Shown: positions 42,909 to 55,705 of the stretch, in pieces | How positions within the stretch are numbered: the first letter of the stretch is position 1 | Layout of the letters: each line of letters starts with the position of its first letter | DNA from: Sphyrna mokarran | Lineage: Eukaryota | Length of the DNA stretch: 64,000 nt | Reading direction: 5' to 3' | NCBI GenBank assembly: GCA_024679065.1 | Contig: JAGIQG010000004.1 | Location: forward strand, 78,244,001 to 78,308,000 | Position numbers and translations under genes: made by a program | The notes under the pieces: model-generated | What the model was told of the DNA's origin: nothing | Seen by the model: the letters and a program-made list of their open reading frames with translations, nothing else | Database searches by the model: none

Positions 42909-43259
42909 CTGTAGAATTAAACAGTCACACAATTAGTGCTCAAGAATAGTTTAAGCTCAAGTTCATGTTTATTCACTTTAATATACAACACAGTCAACAT
43001 TCATTTTGCTGATCAACATCAAATGGCATTTTCAACAATGATCAAAAAAAACTGAACATATCAGCAATATTTACACCCTGCATAATGACCTAAGGTACTT
43101 CATTAAATTGAAGTGGAGAGATCTAAGTCGCTAGTATCAAAAAAATTTAAACAAGTTGTCAAATCTTGAAAGTTGTGATATTTCACAATGCTCTTTAACA
43201 ACTGACTGAGCACCTCTGAATATTTACTAGAAATAGTTTATTCTTCTAATGCAAGTGAT

Positions 43260-43790
43260 GTCCAGTCCAAAGATATGTGAGCTAGATTGATTGGCCATAC
43301 TAAAAAATTGCCCCTTAGTGTCTGGGAATGTGTAAGTGAGTGGAATTAATGGGTAAAATACGTAGGATATGGGGATAGGGCCTTGATGGGATTGTGTTTG
43401 GGGTGCAGACTCGATGGGCCGAAGGGCCTCTTTCTGCACTGTACGATTCTATGATTCTAAGTCATAATTCTCTCAAGATGGCCGGGCAAGTTGAAACTTT
43501 GTTAAGACTTATGTGATCCTCTAACTTATAAATAGAGGCATAGAGTATAAAAGTAACGAAGACCTGCTACACTTCAACAAATCATTAGTCAGACCACATC
43601 TGGAGCACCGTGTGCAGTTCTGAGCACTTTATTTAACAAAGGATGCTAAAGCACAAAAGTAATGCACTTAGAAGGCTATGCAAGTAGGGCTGGACAATAG
43701 GACCAGCTGAGCAGCTCTTTCAGGAGCAAGTGCGGACATGATGAGCTGAATGGCCCCCTTCTGTGCCATAAAATGTTATGATTCTATGAT
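43260..43790 (+). mobile_element. 5'-truncated HE1-type SINE followed by a CR1 3' fragment
   Basis: gattggccatactaaaaaattgccccttagtg...gggccgaagggcctctttctgcactgta; then LVRPHLEHRVQF-encoding sequence and a CR1 tail. Confidence 0.8.
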
Positions 43791-43861
43791 ATTGCACTAT
43801 GATATTGTGGATAATGTATACATTTTGGTAATTTGATCTCCAAAGAATTACAATAACTTAC

Positions 43862-43903
43862 TGTTCTTTCCTTGTCATCTGGTTTACCTCCATCTGATGT
43901 ATG
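43862..43903 (-). CDS. THOC2: THOC2 window exon 8, 42 nt (HTSDGGKPDDKERT)
   Basis: ttcgcag| and |gtaagt; similar to the mammalian FQSDGSKQEDKEKT segment; absent from the ORF track. Confidence 0.92.
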
Positions 43904-45903
43904 CTGCGAATGCATAAAAGTACTTGTTAACTCCACTATTTAATCAAAGATTTTCAAACATAATAAACAACCAATGCTTGAGGGGGCTTATTGATAGTGC
44001 AACAAGTAGGTCTTGGAGCAAAGCTGCATTATTAATTCCACTACAATGAAACAATATCACAAACTCCAAAGAATGGGATAGTGTCTAAAAACAAGGTGAT
44101 ATATTCAGAAATGAAAATTTCATATAACTGTTGATCTGTCTTTGAGCAAAAAGACCTTCTATTGACAAACTCATCATTTAAAGTATGACACAACAAACTG
44201 AATAAACCACAGGAGTTACTACCCAAACTGATTTGTCTACAAATAGACTTTGGACACAATCTTCCTCAAAAAAATTTAAAGTATCATAAAAGCCTTAAAA
44301 TCACCGTGTTTCACTTTGGATTTTTTTAGCACACAATCGCCTCACTTCTTTTTTGGCAGTTGGGAGATTCATGCTGCTGCGGGGCCGTAGAGCCAAAGCT
44401 TGCCAGAGAACTGGTTGTAGAGCACACCAGTGCCATTGTGCAGGAGCCCCAATCTTCCAGTGCACTGGGAGATTTCCTTACACACCTACAACCAACCCCC
44501 TCACTCCTCTAGCCATGGTTTCGCCCCCATAATCATCAGTGGTACACCTCTGCCCACCATGGACTTCACCCCCACCAACCCCATCATCAATGACAGTGAC
44601 ACCCTCCCCACCCCTGCCAGAAGATTCCAGGAGACTGTTAATGTCATACAAGGCATGCAGATGAAGCTGATCCCACTGGCAAAAAAGGGGCCAAGAGGGT
44701 GGGATCTGGTATTAAAGCAGCGCAAAATGGATTTTCAGCCTCATGCACTATCTTCCCTGCCCATTGTGTGGTCAATTAGCGCAGCAGGCCAGAAAGATCA
44801 TACGCTAAATTTGTATATGCTTTAATCCTTCATAAACAGCAAACTATTCTATTCTAAAATAAATAAGAGTTGTTAATTTGTCTTCCACACAAGTTAATGC
44901 TTTGACGAGGTACAAGTGAATTATTCCTGCAGATAGCTGAATGACCTACATAGTACAGCAATTACTCTTTAATATTTATTGTTAACGCAAACCATTCACT
45001 CTTGTTTCGTGTTTAATAGGGCAAGACTGAGTAAATACTAAGCAATATACTGAGCTGACATTTGAGTAGCATTACAATAATAAAACGATTTGTTGTTGAT
45101 GTCATGGTCTGTGAGCTGAATTGTCAGAAAGCTATTAGTTTCAGTAAACCTGACAGTAGTTTCAAGGCTCAGTATTAGTCAAAACAGCTGTTCCTCACAT
45201 TTCACACTCACCATGACGGCTGCATGCAATGCACTGGTCTCCTTGACCTTTCATTTTTGCTTTTCAAACATCTTCATGTCGCTGTCAGTTTTAATTTAAG
45301 AATTCCCCATACACTCTCACCACTCGCCCAAAATTTTATGTAATTTACATTGTACAGAATTTACATTAATAGTTCCTTATTGGCCAAATTTTTACCTTTT
45401 CACAATTTCGAGGTGTACATGTTCTTGTCATCACTTCCATGGTCAATAAACCCATTCAACCCTGCACCACATTTTTTTTTTAAAAAGTAAAGCAGAGTCA
45501 TATTAGTCGATTGGCCATGGTAAATTGACCATTTGTGTCAAAAGACTATAAGGGGAAATCGTGGGACTATGGGGTTGTGGAATTGTGATCGGTTGGCTAA
45601 ATGCCCTTCCTCTGCATTGTAGGGATTCTATAATTCCAAGATATAGAGAATCATTCACTCCAATTCTGATCTTAACCATTCAATTGTGTGCAGAAGATTT
45701 TTCTTGTTTTTTGTTAATCACCATAAAAAATTCAAACATCCTGATGAAAAATGAAGACTTTCTGGTCAACTGGCAAATATGTCATTCTTCTAGATTTAAA
45801 GAGCATTAAAACAGATACAAGATTGCAACACATCTAAAAATTTTTAGAACAATGATATATAGATATACACGTCACTTGGAATTTGAATAAAGCTCACACC
45901 AAC

Positions 45904-46099
45904 CTCTTTCATAAATGCCTTTCCTATACGAACCACTTTAGCAAATAAGATGGGATCATGCCACAGATGAGGGCCAAGGTAACACAGCATGCTGAAGACT
46001 TCTTTTCTTAAGTCTTCAAACGTTTCTATTGGTTTTGGAGCCCTTTCATTTCTAAGCAATGGGATGACAGCTCCCTTGGCACCCTTTGGTACACCAACT
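45904..46099 (-). CDS. THOC2: THOC2 window exon 7 (VGVPKGAKG...[18 protein letters not shown])
   Basis: ttgcag| and |gttggt, 196 nt. Confidence 0.95.
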
Positions 46100-46901
46100 C
46101 TGCAAATAAAATATCAAGTTTTTATACAAATATGAGCCAACTTGATTGACAAAGGTCAGAACAGATAAAATGTTTGACATTAACAAAACCCACAGAAAGA
46201 CAGGAATACTTTTATGAACTTGTGTAAATATCAGTATTTGGTTGATGCCATTCAAATATTTTGCAAATTGAAGAATCTGATTTGATGTAACCAGGTTTCA
46301 TTAGAATAATTCTTGTTGAAAGAGAGTCTGTAAACTATTTTTTAAGTAATTACATAACTGCTTAAAATGGAAGCGTATCAAAAACTAGTTGAGATCAATC
46401 ACAACAATGAATTTAGATCTGTAGTTAATGTAGGGAAAGAAAACCATCAGCATATAGTTTCTGCACAGTAACATTCTACAGCTCTAAGACAAAAGTTTCC
46501 GTGGCTAATCCTTTGGGTTTTTCTCCAACGTTTCAAATATTACTTATAGAACTGTAATTTTCACAATCCTCTCCATGTAATCACAGAATTTCTATTCAAC
46601 AAATATCAAATGATTTAGTTCTTCAAAAGATGCATTTACTAGGAGAAGTTTTTAACATTCAACCAAATATTTTATTATCTATCAGCTAGTTTTGGGGAAC
46701 AAACTTGACATCAAGCTCCTACAGCAAGTCAGCTCTGCCTATTTGGATTTTGAAGACTTTTAAATCCTCCGAACATTTTTATCTTACAATTTCTCCAAAA
46801 GTCTCAAATAGTTGGTGCAACTCCACTGCTTCTGTGAAAACACTGTAGTCAGAATTTTTTGGTTTTTTTGGGCATTCATTTAGGTCAGCATGGTGGCAAT
46901 A

Positions 46902-47217
46902 GGCAGCACGGTGGCACAGTGGTGAGTACTGAGGCTTCATAGCACCAGGAACCTGAGTTTGATTACCAGTTTCAGTAACTGTCTGCGTGGAGTCTGTATT
47001 CTCCCCACGTCTGCATGGATATCCTCTGGATGCTGCGGTTTTCTTTCACAGTCCAAAGATATGCGGGTTAGGTGGATTGGCCATGCTAAAATGCATCGGG
47101 GAACTAGCTAGGAGTAAGTACATGGCGCCATGGCAATGGGGCCTGGGTGGGATTGTGGTCAGTGCAGACTCAATGGGCCCAATGGCCTCTTTCTGCACTG
47201 TAGGGTTTTATGATTCT
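46902..47217 (+). mobile_element. HE1-type tRNA SINE, full length
   Basis: Head ggcagcacggtggcacagtggtgagtactg, core cacagtccaaagatatgcgggttaggtggattggccatgctaaa, tail aatggcctctttctgcactgtaggg. Confidence 0.9.
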
Positions 47218-48179
47218 TCATTAAAAAAAGATATAAATAAAATGTACCAAGAATTATAGAACAGATGAAATTTTAATTAAGAATTGTACCTTCCTCTGCT
47301 AATGCTTTGATGCTGATTCAGGACAATTGTTCATCCAGGTCTAATTAGAGTTCTAAGACAGACTTTGGCAATATTTGTATTTCCCATCAAATTAGCGGTT
47401 ATTATTCACATAAATACAAACTATTGCGCTTGTGGATATGAGTCACTTATGGAAGTCCAATAAATGGTTTCCCGTCAGCACTAAAAATGTATTAAAATTT
47501 ATTAATTTTCAAAGCTAATGCTCAGTATGCCTATATTTACTAACTGAAGTTAAAAGTAATAATGTATTTTGCGTGACACTGCTTATGCTGAGTTGGAAAA
47601 TACATTACGAAGCCAAGTTTGTTCAAGCATAGAATGTATAATGCATCTGAGCAAATCCAAAGTCTATGGTGTGGACCTTAGTCAGGCGAAAAGTCAACTC
47701 ATTTGTCCATGCAAAAAAGTGGACGTAGAAGAACAAAATAAAATTCGGACATCTGAGGTGGAGGTTTGATGACAAGTTTTTTTTTAACCCATCAGCTCGA
47801 TATACATCTGTCTCATTTGAAGAGAGTCATTAAAGAAGGAGGTTATTAAGCATCAACGACAATTTGCATTGATATAAATAAAGGCAAAAGACTACAGACA
47901 GTGGACTCAAACAAAAACAAAATGCTGGAGAAACTGAGTGGAAAGAAAATATAGACAATATTTCAAATCAGTTCTATTTTGTCTCCACAGAGATTATCTG
48001 ATCTTTTGAGATTCTCCAACATTTTCTATTTTTGTTGCATTTATGTACAGCTGTTAATTTATCGCTTATCTATTATTTACAGCCATATCCAAACGTACAA
48101 AAAGTACAAGAGACTTATCTTTATATAAAAAATATTAAGATGCTTCAGAAAAGAATAATCAAACTAAAATGCATGCCAA

Positions 48180-49320
48180 GTCAATACACAAAGGATCAGA
48201 AAGAAGTGATCGAAACACTGGTCAAAGAAATGGAGTTCAAGAAGGAACCAAAAGGAGAGATGAAATAAGGGCACAGGGATTTATAATGGGAATTCTAGGT
48301 TGTGGGCCCGGAGAGCAAAACACACTATCCATGACATGACACATGGGAAGCAGTTAGAGTCAAAGAAATTTTGGAGTTCTTGGATGAAAGGGGTTGGAGG
48401 GAAGCAAGTTCTAAACATAAGAAAAGTAAAGACCACGAAGGGAATAAAATAGGAGGTTGATAATTTGATGTGCATTCATCATTCATGCACACAGCATTCA
48501 TGTGGAAGACCCATGCCTTCAAGTGATCTCATCAAAGAGCAGCAGTTAGATGAGTAAGGAGGGTACAAGTGAATTCCAGAAGTAAAGGTGCAGGAGAAAG
48601 ACGAGAGAAACCATTGGTGGACGTGCTTTGACTATAATAAAATAGTTAAAATTGGAACACAGCAAGTTCACATTGCTGGATAACAGAGAAACATTGGAGG
48701 AGAGTGTATGTTTAGCCATATAAAAAGCTGCAGGGAAGTATGTGAGGATAAACACCAATTGTGTATGATAAGTCACAGTTTGAGGTTTTAAATGGGGCTA
48801 TTCTGTACTGTGGCAGGGATGGATTAAAAAAATTCAAACATGAAAAGTCAGAGGTTTGGAAGGCTACAACATATTATAGGCTTTGGAGAAAAAGGGGGTT
48901 AGAGGAAGAGAAAATCAGAGAAATACAGGGTTTTTTTCTCCAAATATGGAGTGACAGCAATGTTTCGCAAAGGGAATAAGAAAGTACACAAGAGGAGAAA
49001 ACTATTTACAATGATTAAACATTGTGATTAGTAAAATAACTTGGGTGCTGAACAGTTTAGTGAGAATGGGGCCCAAGAAGCAACAACTGGGTCTAATGGA
49101 TAAGCTGAGTTGAAGGAGTCAGCCAAGAACATGGGAAAAGACAAACTGCTGGAGTGAGCCGATATTAATCAATTGATTACGGCTTAAAAAAAAAGTCAGG
49201 AGTTTCAGCAACCACTTAAGTTCTGACTACAGCCAGGGCTGGCAGGCTGAAGAAGAATAAACGGAGGGAAGGACACCGAGAGAAACCAATGGAGAAGGAG
49301 CTAGTAACATTACCTATTAA
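48180..49320 (-). mobile_element. Highly decayed L2-like LINE fragments
   Basis: Purine-rich block starting ggtcaaagaaatggagttcaagaagg...gggaattctag, similar to the L2-like tail near 25180. Confidence 0.4.
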
Positions 49321-49825
49321 AGCAGCCAATGAAAATGGAAGGTTAAAAATAATGTATTTTTTACAGATGGGTATGACATGTGATTAGCAAAACAGCCAGA
49401 GAAAATTATTACATTTGTTGTATTAAGAGGTCACAGTATCACTTAAGACAGCAAGTAATGGCACAATGCTTTACCCTCAATGTGGTTGCAGTTTTCAGCA
49501 AAGAACAAGAAACAAGTGCACTGTTCAAAAATTGCAGATACCAATTGCTTTCCTGTGACATTTTGCAGGGGGAGAAGGCTGATGCAGTCTTCAAGTAAAG
49601 TAACGTTACAAGTCATGAAATAAAATAATCAGGGATACAGAATTTATGAAGTTACTGTGATTCTTATTTCTAACGTGAACTCACGTACATTTCTGTTGTG
49701 CAAACTTGCCATGTTGTGTTGCTCCTATGGCCAAACAATCCATCAACACTGTCTCATTTCAGATATAATGATAAAACACTGGGAAAAGTTGCCAAAAGGC
49801 TACGAGAGCTGGCGGAATTTTACCC

Positions 49826-50062
49826 ATGATGTGGAGATGCTGGTGATGGACTGCGACAAACACAGTAAGAAGTTTTACAACACCAGGTTAAAGTCCAACA
49901 GGTTTATTTGATAGTAAATGCCACAAGCTTTCAGAACACACTGTTCATTCTTCAGGTGAGTGGCCACTCATCTGAAAAAGGATCAGCGTGTTCCAAAAAT
50001 TTGTGGCATTTACTATCAAATAAACGTGTTGGACTTTAACCTGATGTTATGAGACTTCTTAT
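49826..50062. mobile_element. Short palindromic Penelope-derived element with TSD
   Basis: Arms of about 100 bp are inverted around gagtggccactc; TSD ggaattttac at 49814-49823 and 50063-50072. Confidence 0.85.
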
Positions 50063-50225
50063 GGAATTTTACTCAAGCATTACAAGGTGCTTTTGGAACT
50101 GTAGACAATTACATTCTTTTTTAAAGACAGATAACATCCATCAGTTAAAAAACTAATTAAAGAACATAAAGTAAATTGAAGTCCAGAACAAATTGCACTA
50201 AATTAGAACTATAAAATGCCTTTAC

Positions 50226-50398
50226 CTTCTATACAAGGGTTCTGTAATGACGTGAACCAACTGGCAGAGAGCAAGTGCTATGGATTTGTGTGAGGTGGCA
50301 TAAAAAGGTGGTATCTGATCCATGATACACTGTGCATGATGCCAATCACCAATCTTCAAAAGAGCTTCCAATAATCCAAGCTTCTGATTGTCAGGAGG
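50226..50398 (-). CDS. THOC2: THOC2 window exon 6 ([19 protein letters not shown]...TEPLYR)
   Basis: tttcag| and |gtaaag, 173 nt. Confidence 0.96.
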
Positions 50399-51334
50399 CT
50401 GAAAGGCATCAATCATTTTAATTTAACACCAAGGGAAAAGTCATACAAATCGATCAAACCTCAATTATAGCTGCTCTAGATTTGCTTTACAAGTGAAGAA
50501 TGAAAAACTAACCACTGAGCAAATTATGAAGATTCTCAAGTAAAACATAGAACATAGAACAGTATAGCACAAATAGGCCCTTCGGCCCACAAGTTTCATC
50601 TTCTACATGCTATTAAAAGTCTTCCAGGATACCTGAAGTAAAGTGATTCTAAGATTGGTGCACTGTTTCTGCAGACTGCAGCATTAATATAGGGGGATAC
50701 TTGCTGAAGATGTAATCCATCCAATTCCTGATTTCAGTTATACAGCATGTAGCAGTGTCAACTTGCCCAATCAAGTGAAAGGTATAGAACATGAGGTAAG
50801 GCTCCTCATTCAGCCACCATCATCTACCCAACAGCTAACACAAAGTAACATCCTCTTCTGTGTTTATCTTATGAACACTTATTTCTATTGTATCCTGAAC
50901 TCTCAGCCAAAAATGATTCTAATTTGCAACACTGAGTTAAGGTCTTGGGTCAGTAATGTCACCTTGCAAATCAAAATTAATAATGTAATTATCCAGGTCA
51001 GAAAGTCCAAGGTATTTTATGAAGTCAGGCTAGGCCACAAGTTTTGCAGTTTGAATTTGACTTGGGTAAACATAAAATCTCTCTCTCCAGAAAAGATAAA
51101 TTATGCAATTTTAAAATGCACGAACTCGGACCACTTTTTTTTTTTTAGGTAATCCATCCATCATCAATGAATTGATGAAGTGGAAATGGTTGAGAGCCTC
51201 AATTTTCCAGGTGTTCAGATCACCAACAACCTATCCTCGCCCCTCTGAGCCAATACTACAGTTCAGGAAGGCCACTAGCACCTTTATTTTCTCAGGCGGC
51301 AAAGGAAATTCAGCATATCTGCTACTTCCTCTTT

Positions 51335-51822
51335 ATCTTTATAGATGCACCATAGAAAGCATCTTTTCTGAATGTTTCACAGCTCAGTATGGCTCCTACT
51401 CGACCAAGACCATAAGAAAATACAAAGGTAGCCCAGTCCATCATACAAACCAGCTTCCCAGCCACTGATTCCATCTATACTTCCCGCTGCTTTGTAAAAG
51501 CTGCCAGCATAATTAAAAACCCCATACATCCGGATGTTCTCTCTTCCACCTTCTTCCATCAGGAAAAAGATACAAACGTCTGAGGTCATATACCAACTGA
51601 CTCAAGAACAGCTTCTTCCCTGCTACCAAACTTTTGAATGGATCTCCCTTTACGCTAAGTTGAAATTTCTCTACACCCTAGCTATGATTATAACACTACA
51701 TACTTTCCTTCTCCACTATGTACTCTATTAATGGTATGCTTGGTCTGTAAGATGCGAAAGAAACGATGCTTTTCACTATATACCAATATAAGCGACAATA
51801 ATAAATCAAATCAAAATCAAAT
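51335..51822 (+). mobile_element. Rex1/Babar-type LINE 3' end
   Basis: YRCTIESIFSECFTAQYGS resembles the Rex1 C-terminus; tail aataataaatcaaatcaaa, with similar tails near 7520 and 24630. Confidence 0.8.
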
Positions 51823-51955
51823 TTCAGGCCAAACATTTGAAGTCTTGCTGAATGCTTCATACGTGCACTGGAAAAACCATGAGAAAGGAAAGAATTAATA
51901 ACAAGGGTACAAAACTAATTATCTGAACAAAGATGAATTTATTTTTTAAACTCAC

Positions 51956-52111
51956 TTTTTCATTTTTTTCTTCCTCTTTCTCCTTTTCCTTCTCTTTTTC
52001 ATCTGGTTTATCTGCAGAGAGTACCACCAAAGTAAGCTTTCTTGCAATTTGCTTTGCTTCAACTATTTCACGTTTATGGTGCTCTAAAATGGTGGCATCT
52101 AATGGAAGGAG
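51956..52111 (-). CDS. THOC2: THOC2 window exon 5 ([52 protein letters not shown])
   Basis: ttccag| and |gtgagt, 156 nt. Confidence 0.96.
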
Positions 52112-53454
52112 CTGGAAGAGCAAAAAAAAGACAGACAATTGAAATTAGAGTTGTTTCACTGAATTCTTATCAAGAAAAGCACCACGTGTACATCAAACCA
52201 GAGGGACATGAAGGTCCTGGTGGAATTCAACATCTGCACCTAATTTGCCAATCCCATTCATGTAGTTTGAGGCACTATAAATAAAATTTAGTAACAATAT
52301 CCCAATTAAGGAAGGGGAAACTTATATTGAGTCCCTGTTCACATTTTACGAAGGACTGCAGACCATACAAGTGTGGATGCTGAGAGACAGGAGACAAATT
52401 GGAAAAGCCCACTGCAGGAAAATTATTATCCCACTGTTATTCTTAAGAGAATAAGGCATCAATATGCCAGCATTACACCCCAAACCAACAACGTTCACCA
52501 AAACCCGCCCCAACTCCTCCAGACAGTGTACACTATCCCAATCTCTCCCCATTCAATTTTCCTGACATGCCTCCCCATTATCATCCCCTGCAATGCTCAT
52601 GATTCTCTTCCAAATCACTTTCTAAACTCACTGGCTCCTGTCCAGCCAATATTACAAAAGTCAGCAAATCAGGGGGTGCAATAAGCATTGGGAAGTGATG
52701 GTTTGGGAGGAGGAGGAGGGGAGGGAGGGCAAGGAAGGAAGGATATTGACGGGGGTGGTGAGTGGGCATTGACTGGGTGTAAGGGGGTGAACATTGACTA
52801 AGGGATAGGGGTATGGGTAGTGCTGAGTGGAGCAGGATGGGGCAGTGGTGGGGGTGAGGAAGAAGTGAGGTTACTAGGTAACTCAAAGGACTCATTAGCC
52901 CATTTCCCAACAAACAGACAGCATCTTCAGCAGAAGAATGCACAAATGCCAGTGCAAACATTACTAACTTGAGACCTGGATATCCATGCTACATCCAAGA
53001 TGTTCAACTACCAAAGAAAAGGCAGTTACTAAGCTAGGATGGTTTACTGCTCAGTTTTATTAAAACGCAAATGAAACCAACTAGCTGTTAGAGTGCTATT
53101 AAACACACAAAGGAGAAAAATATGAAGCAATGACATGAATAATTTAGGTTATAGTTGAAGGTGACACAACAACTAGACTGTCAATAATCTGTACCTAAAT
53201 TGAGGTACATGTAATTTCACATCATATGTACACAATTAAAATTAAAACTCTCAAAGATGACAAATATACTTTAAACTAGAACCATCAGAACTGAATGCAA
53301 TTCTGCAAAATCATTGCATTTAACAAATGGTAACTTTGTCCAAGTGCTGAATAGATTAAAAATCTACAACACCAGAAAGCACTGTTGCACCAGTAAATGG
53401 AAACTACAAAACTCAGTTTTAGTTATTCCTATTTAACTAATATGTATTTCTTTC

Positions 53455-54305
53455 TTTGCATCAAATTTATAAATGGAAAAGGTATATTCTTTCTTTAAAG
53501 GCATCACAAAATGCATGGGGTGCAAACTGCTATCATTGCAGTGAATGCCTAATGTGTAGGTGGGTTTTTGATGTAATGGGCTGCTTTGTCCTGGATGGTG
53601 TCCAGTTTCTTCAGTGTTATTGGAGCTGCATACATACAAGCAAGCAGGCTCCTGACTTGTACCTTGTAACTGATAGAAATGCTTGGAGGAATCATGAGGC
53701 AAATTTGCTGCAGAATTCCCAGCCTCTGACCTGCTCTGATGACAACACTGTTTCTATAGGGCCGTCAGGTGGGTTTCTGTCTGATAATAATGCCTAGGAT
53801 GTTGTTGGTGCGGCAATTCAGCAATAGTAATGCTACTGAACACCAAAAGGAGATGTTCACTTTCATTTGCACTGGAAATGGTCATCATATGGCACTGGTA
53901 TGGACATATGACTTGTCATTTATTGGCTCAAGCCAGAAGGTTGCCCAGGCTATGCTGCATGTGGGTATAGACTTTTTCAGTGTCTGATGAGTTTGCAAAT
54001 ACAACTGAAACAACGTACAATCAAACATATCTACTTCTCACTTTATAATAAAAAGGGCACCAAGGAAGCAGCTGAAGATGGCAGGGGCAAAGCCACTGCT
54101 CTGAGAAACACCTGCAGTGACATCCTCAGTATAAGATGATTGGATTCCAGCAACCACAACCATTTTCCTGTCTGTGTTAGGTAAGACTCCAACTTGTTGA
54201 CTTCAAATTAACTGGGATTACTTAATGGCATACTCAGTCAAATGCTGCCTTGATGACAAGGGCAGTCACTTTCACCTCACTTTGAAAATTCATTTTTGTC
54301 CATAT
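53455..54305 (-). mobile_element. Non-LTR retrotransposon RT fragment (CR1/L2 group)
   Basis: Minus-strand VTALVIKAAFD*V and GVSQSSGFAPAIFSCF correspond to RT motifs DIKAAFD and GVPQGSVLGP. Confidence 0.75.
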
Positions 54306-54329
54306 TAAGTGATTTCGAACCTGCCTTGG

Positions 54330-55167
54330 AAGTCCTTGCAAATGATGTCAAATTTTTCTACGATGGCAAAACTATCAACATCTTCTGGGGTGCATTCTCA
54401 CAGGAAGCAATTTAATATCAATTACATTTTGGTTATCAGCAACTTCAATCCCATCCTATCCAACAAAGTCAGCATGGATTAATAAATGGGAAGTGATGCT
54501 CGACAAATCTACTGGAATTCTTTGAAGATGTCACTAGTAAAGTTGATAAGGGGTAGCCAGACAGTGTGATTTATTTGGACTTTCAGGAGGCTTTCGATAA
54601 GGTACCACCTAAGAGATTAGGATGTAAAATTGAAATACATGAGATTGTGGGCTGTGTATGATGGATAGAAAACTGGCTAGCAGATAGGAAACAAAGAATT
54701 GTGAGAATGCAGAGATGCTTCAGTGTGATTGAGACAAGCTCAGTCAGTGAGCACGTGAATGGCAGCTGCAGTATCATGTGGATAAACGTGAGGTTATCCA
54801 CTTGGTAGCAAAAACAGGAAAGCAGATTATCTAAATGGCTGTAGATTGAGAAAGGGGAATGTGCAACTTGACCTGGTGTCCTTGTACACTGGCACTGAAA
54901 GTAAGGATGTAGATGCAGCAGGTGGTAAAGGAGGTAAATGGCTGTAATAACAAGAGATTCAACTACAAGATAGTTGTTATACAGGGCCTTGTTAAGACTA
55001 TATCTGGAATAGTGTGTGCAGTTTTAGTTTCCTTTTCAGAGGAAGGATATTTTGGCATGGAGGGAGTGCAGCAAAGATTTACTAGACTGATTCTTGGGAT
55101 GCCAGAATCGATATACGTGGAGAGGTTGAGTCAGTTAGGATTACTCTTCCATTTGGAGGACGAGGAT

Positions 55168-55221
<54 letters not shown>

Positions 55222-55445
55222 TAGTCATCCCTCACAGAAATCTCAAAAAGGACTAGACAGGGTAGATGCAGGAAGGATGTTCATGACTGCAGAGTCCACA
55301 ACCAGAGGTCACAATGTGACTACACAGAACTGAGAGGAGGAGAAATTCCTTCACCCAGAGTGAATTTAATGATCAATAATGATTGGCAGAGCAGGCTCAA
55401 ACAACTCAATTACCTACTCTTGCTCCTATTTTCTATGTTTTTATG
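54330..55445 (+). mobile_element. CR1-type LINE fragment
   Basis: VIYLDFQEAFDKVPPKRL RT motif near 54565; same C-terminal and tail sequence as 19547-20482. Confidence 0.85.
55156..55221. repeat. (GAGGAC)11 hexanucleotide microsatellite
   Basis: Read directly from the sequence; one variant unit GAGGAT. Confidence 0.95.
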
Positions 55446-55594
55446 TATCCTTCAGCTTTAGGAGCAGAAGATATCATCACAGTTTTAACGTCAAGTTTTC
55501 AAATCGCTGCCCTCTGAAGAGGAAGCGTAACTTCAAGACATTATCTTCAAATTGAGTCAGAAACACGACGTTAAGTGCTCCTGGGTTTGTGAAG

Positions 55595-55705
55595 CCAGCA
55601 GTTGCCTATCCAAGATTGTGCTGCACGGAGAGTTGAAAACTGGTAAACGGAAGACAAAACCCCCAAATGTTTCAAGGACTCCTTGAAGATGTCGCTCTCT
55701 GCACG
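55595..55705 (+). mobile_element. RTE-clade LINE C-terminal fragment
   Basis: KIVLHGELKTGKR...FKDSLK resembles the RTE C-terminal RLPKxxLYGEL motif. Confidence 0.6.

Noticed and set aside
54913-55224. ORF ending in EDEDED
   Set aside because: It is a CR1 RT remnant running into a GAGGAC microsatellite.
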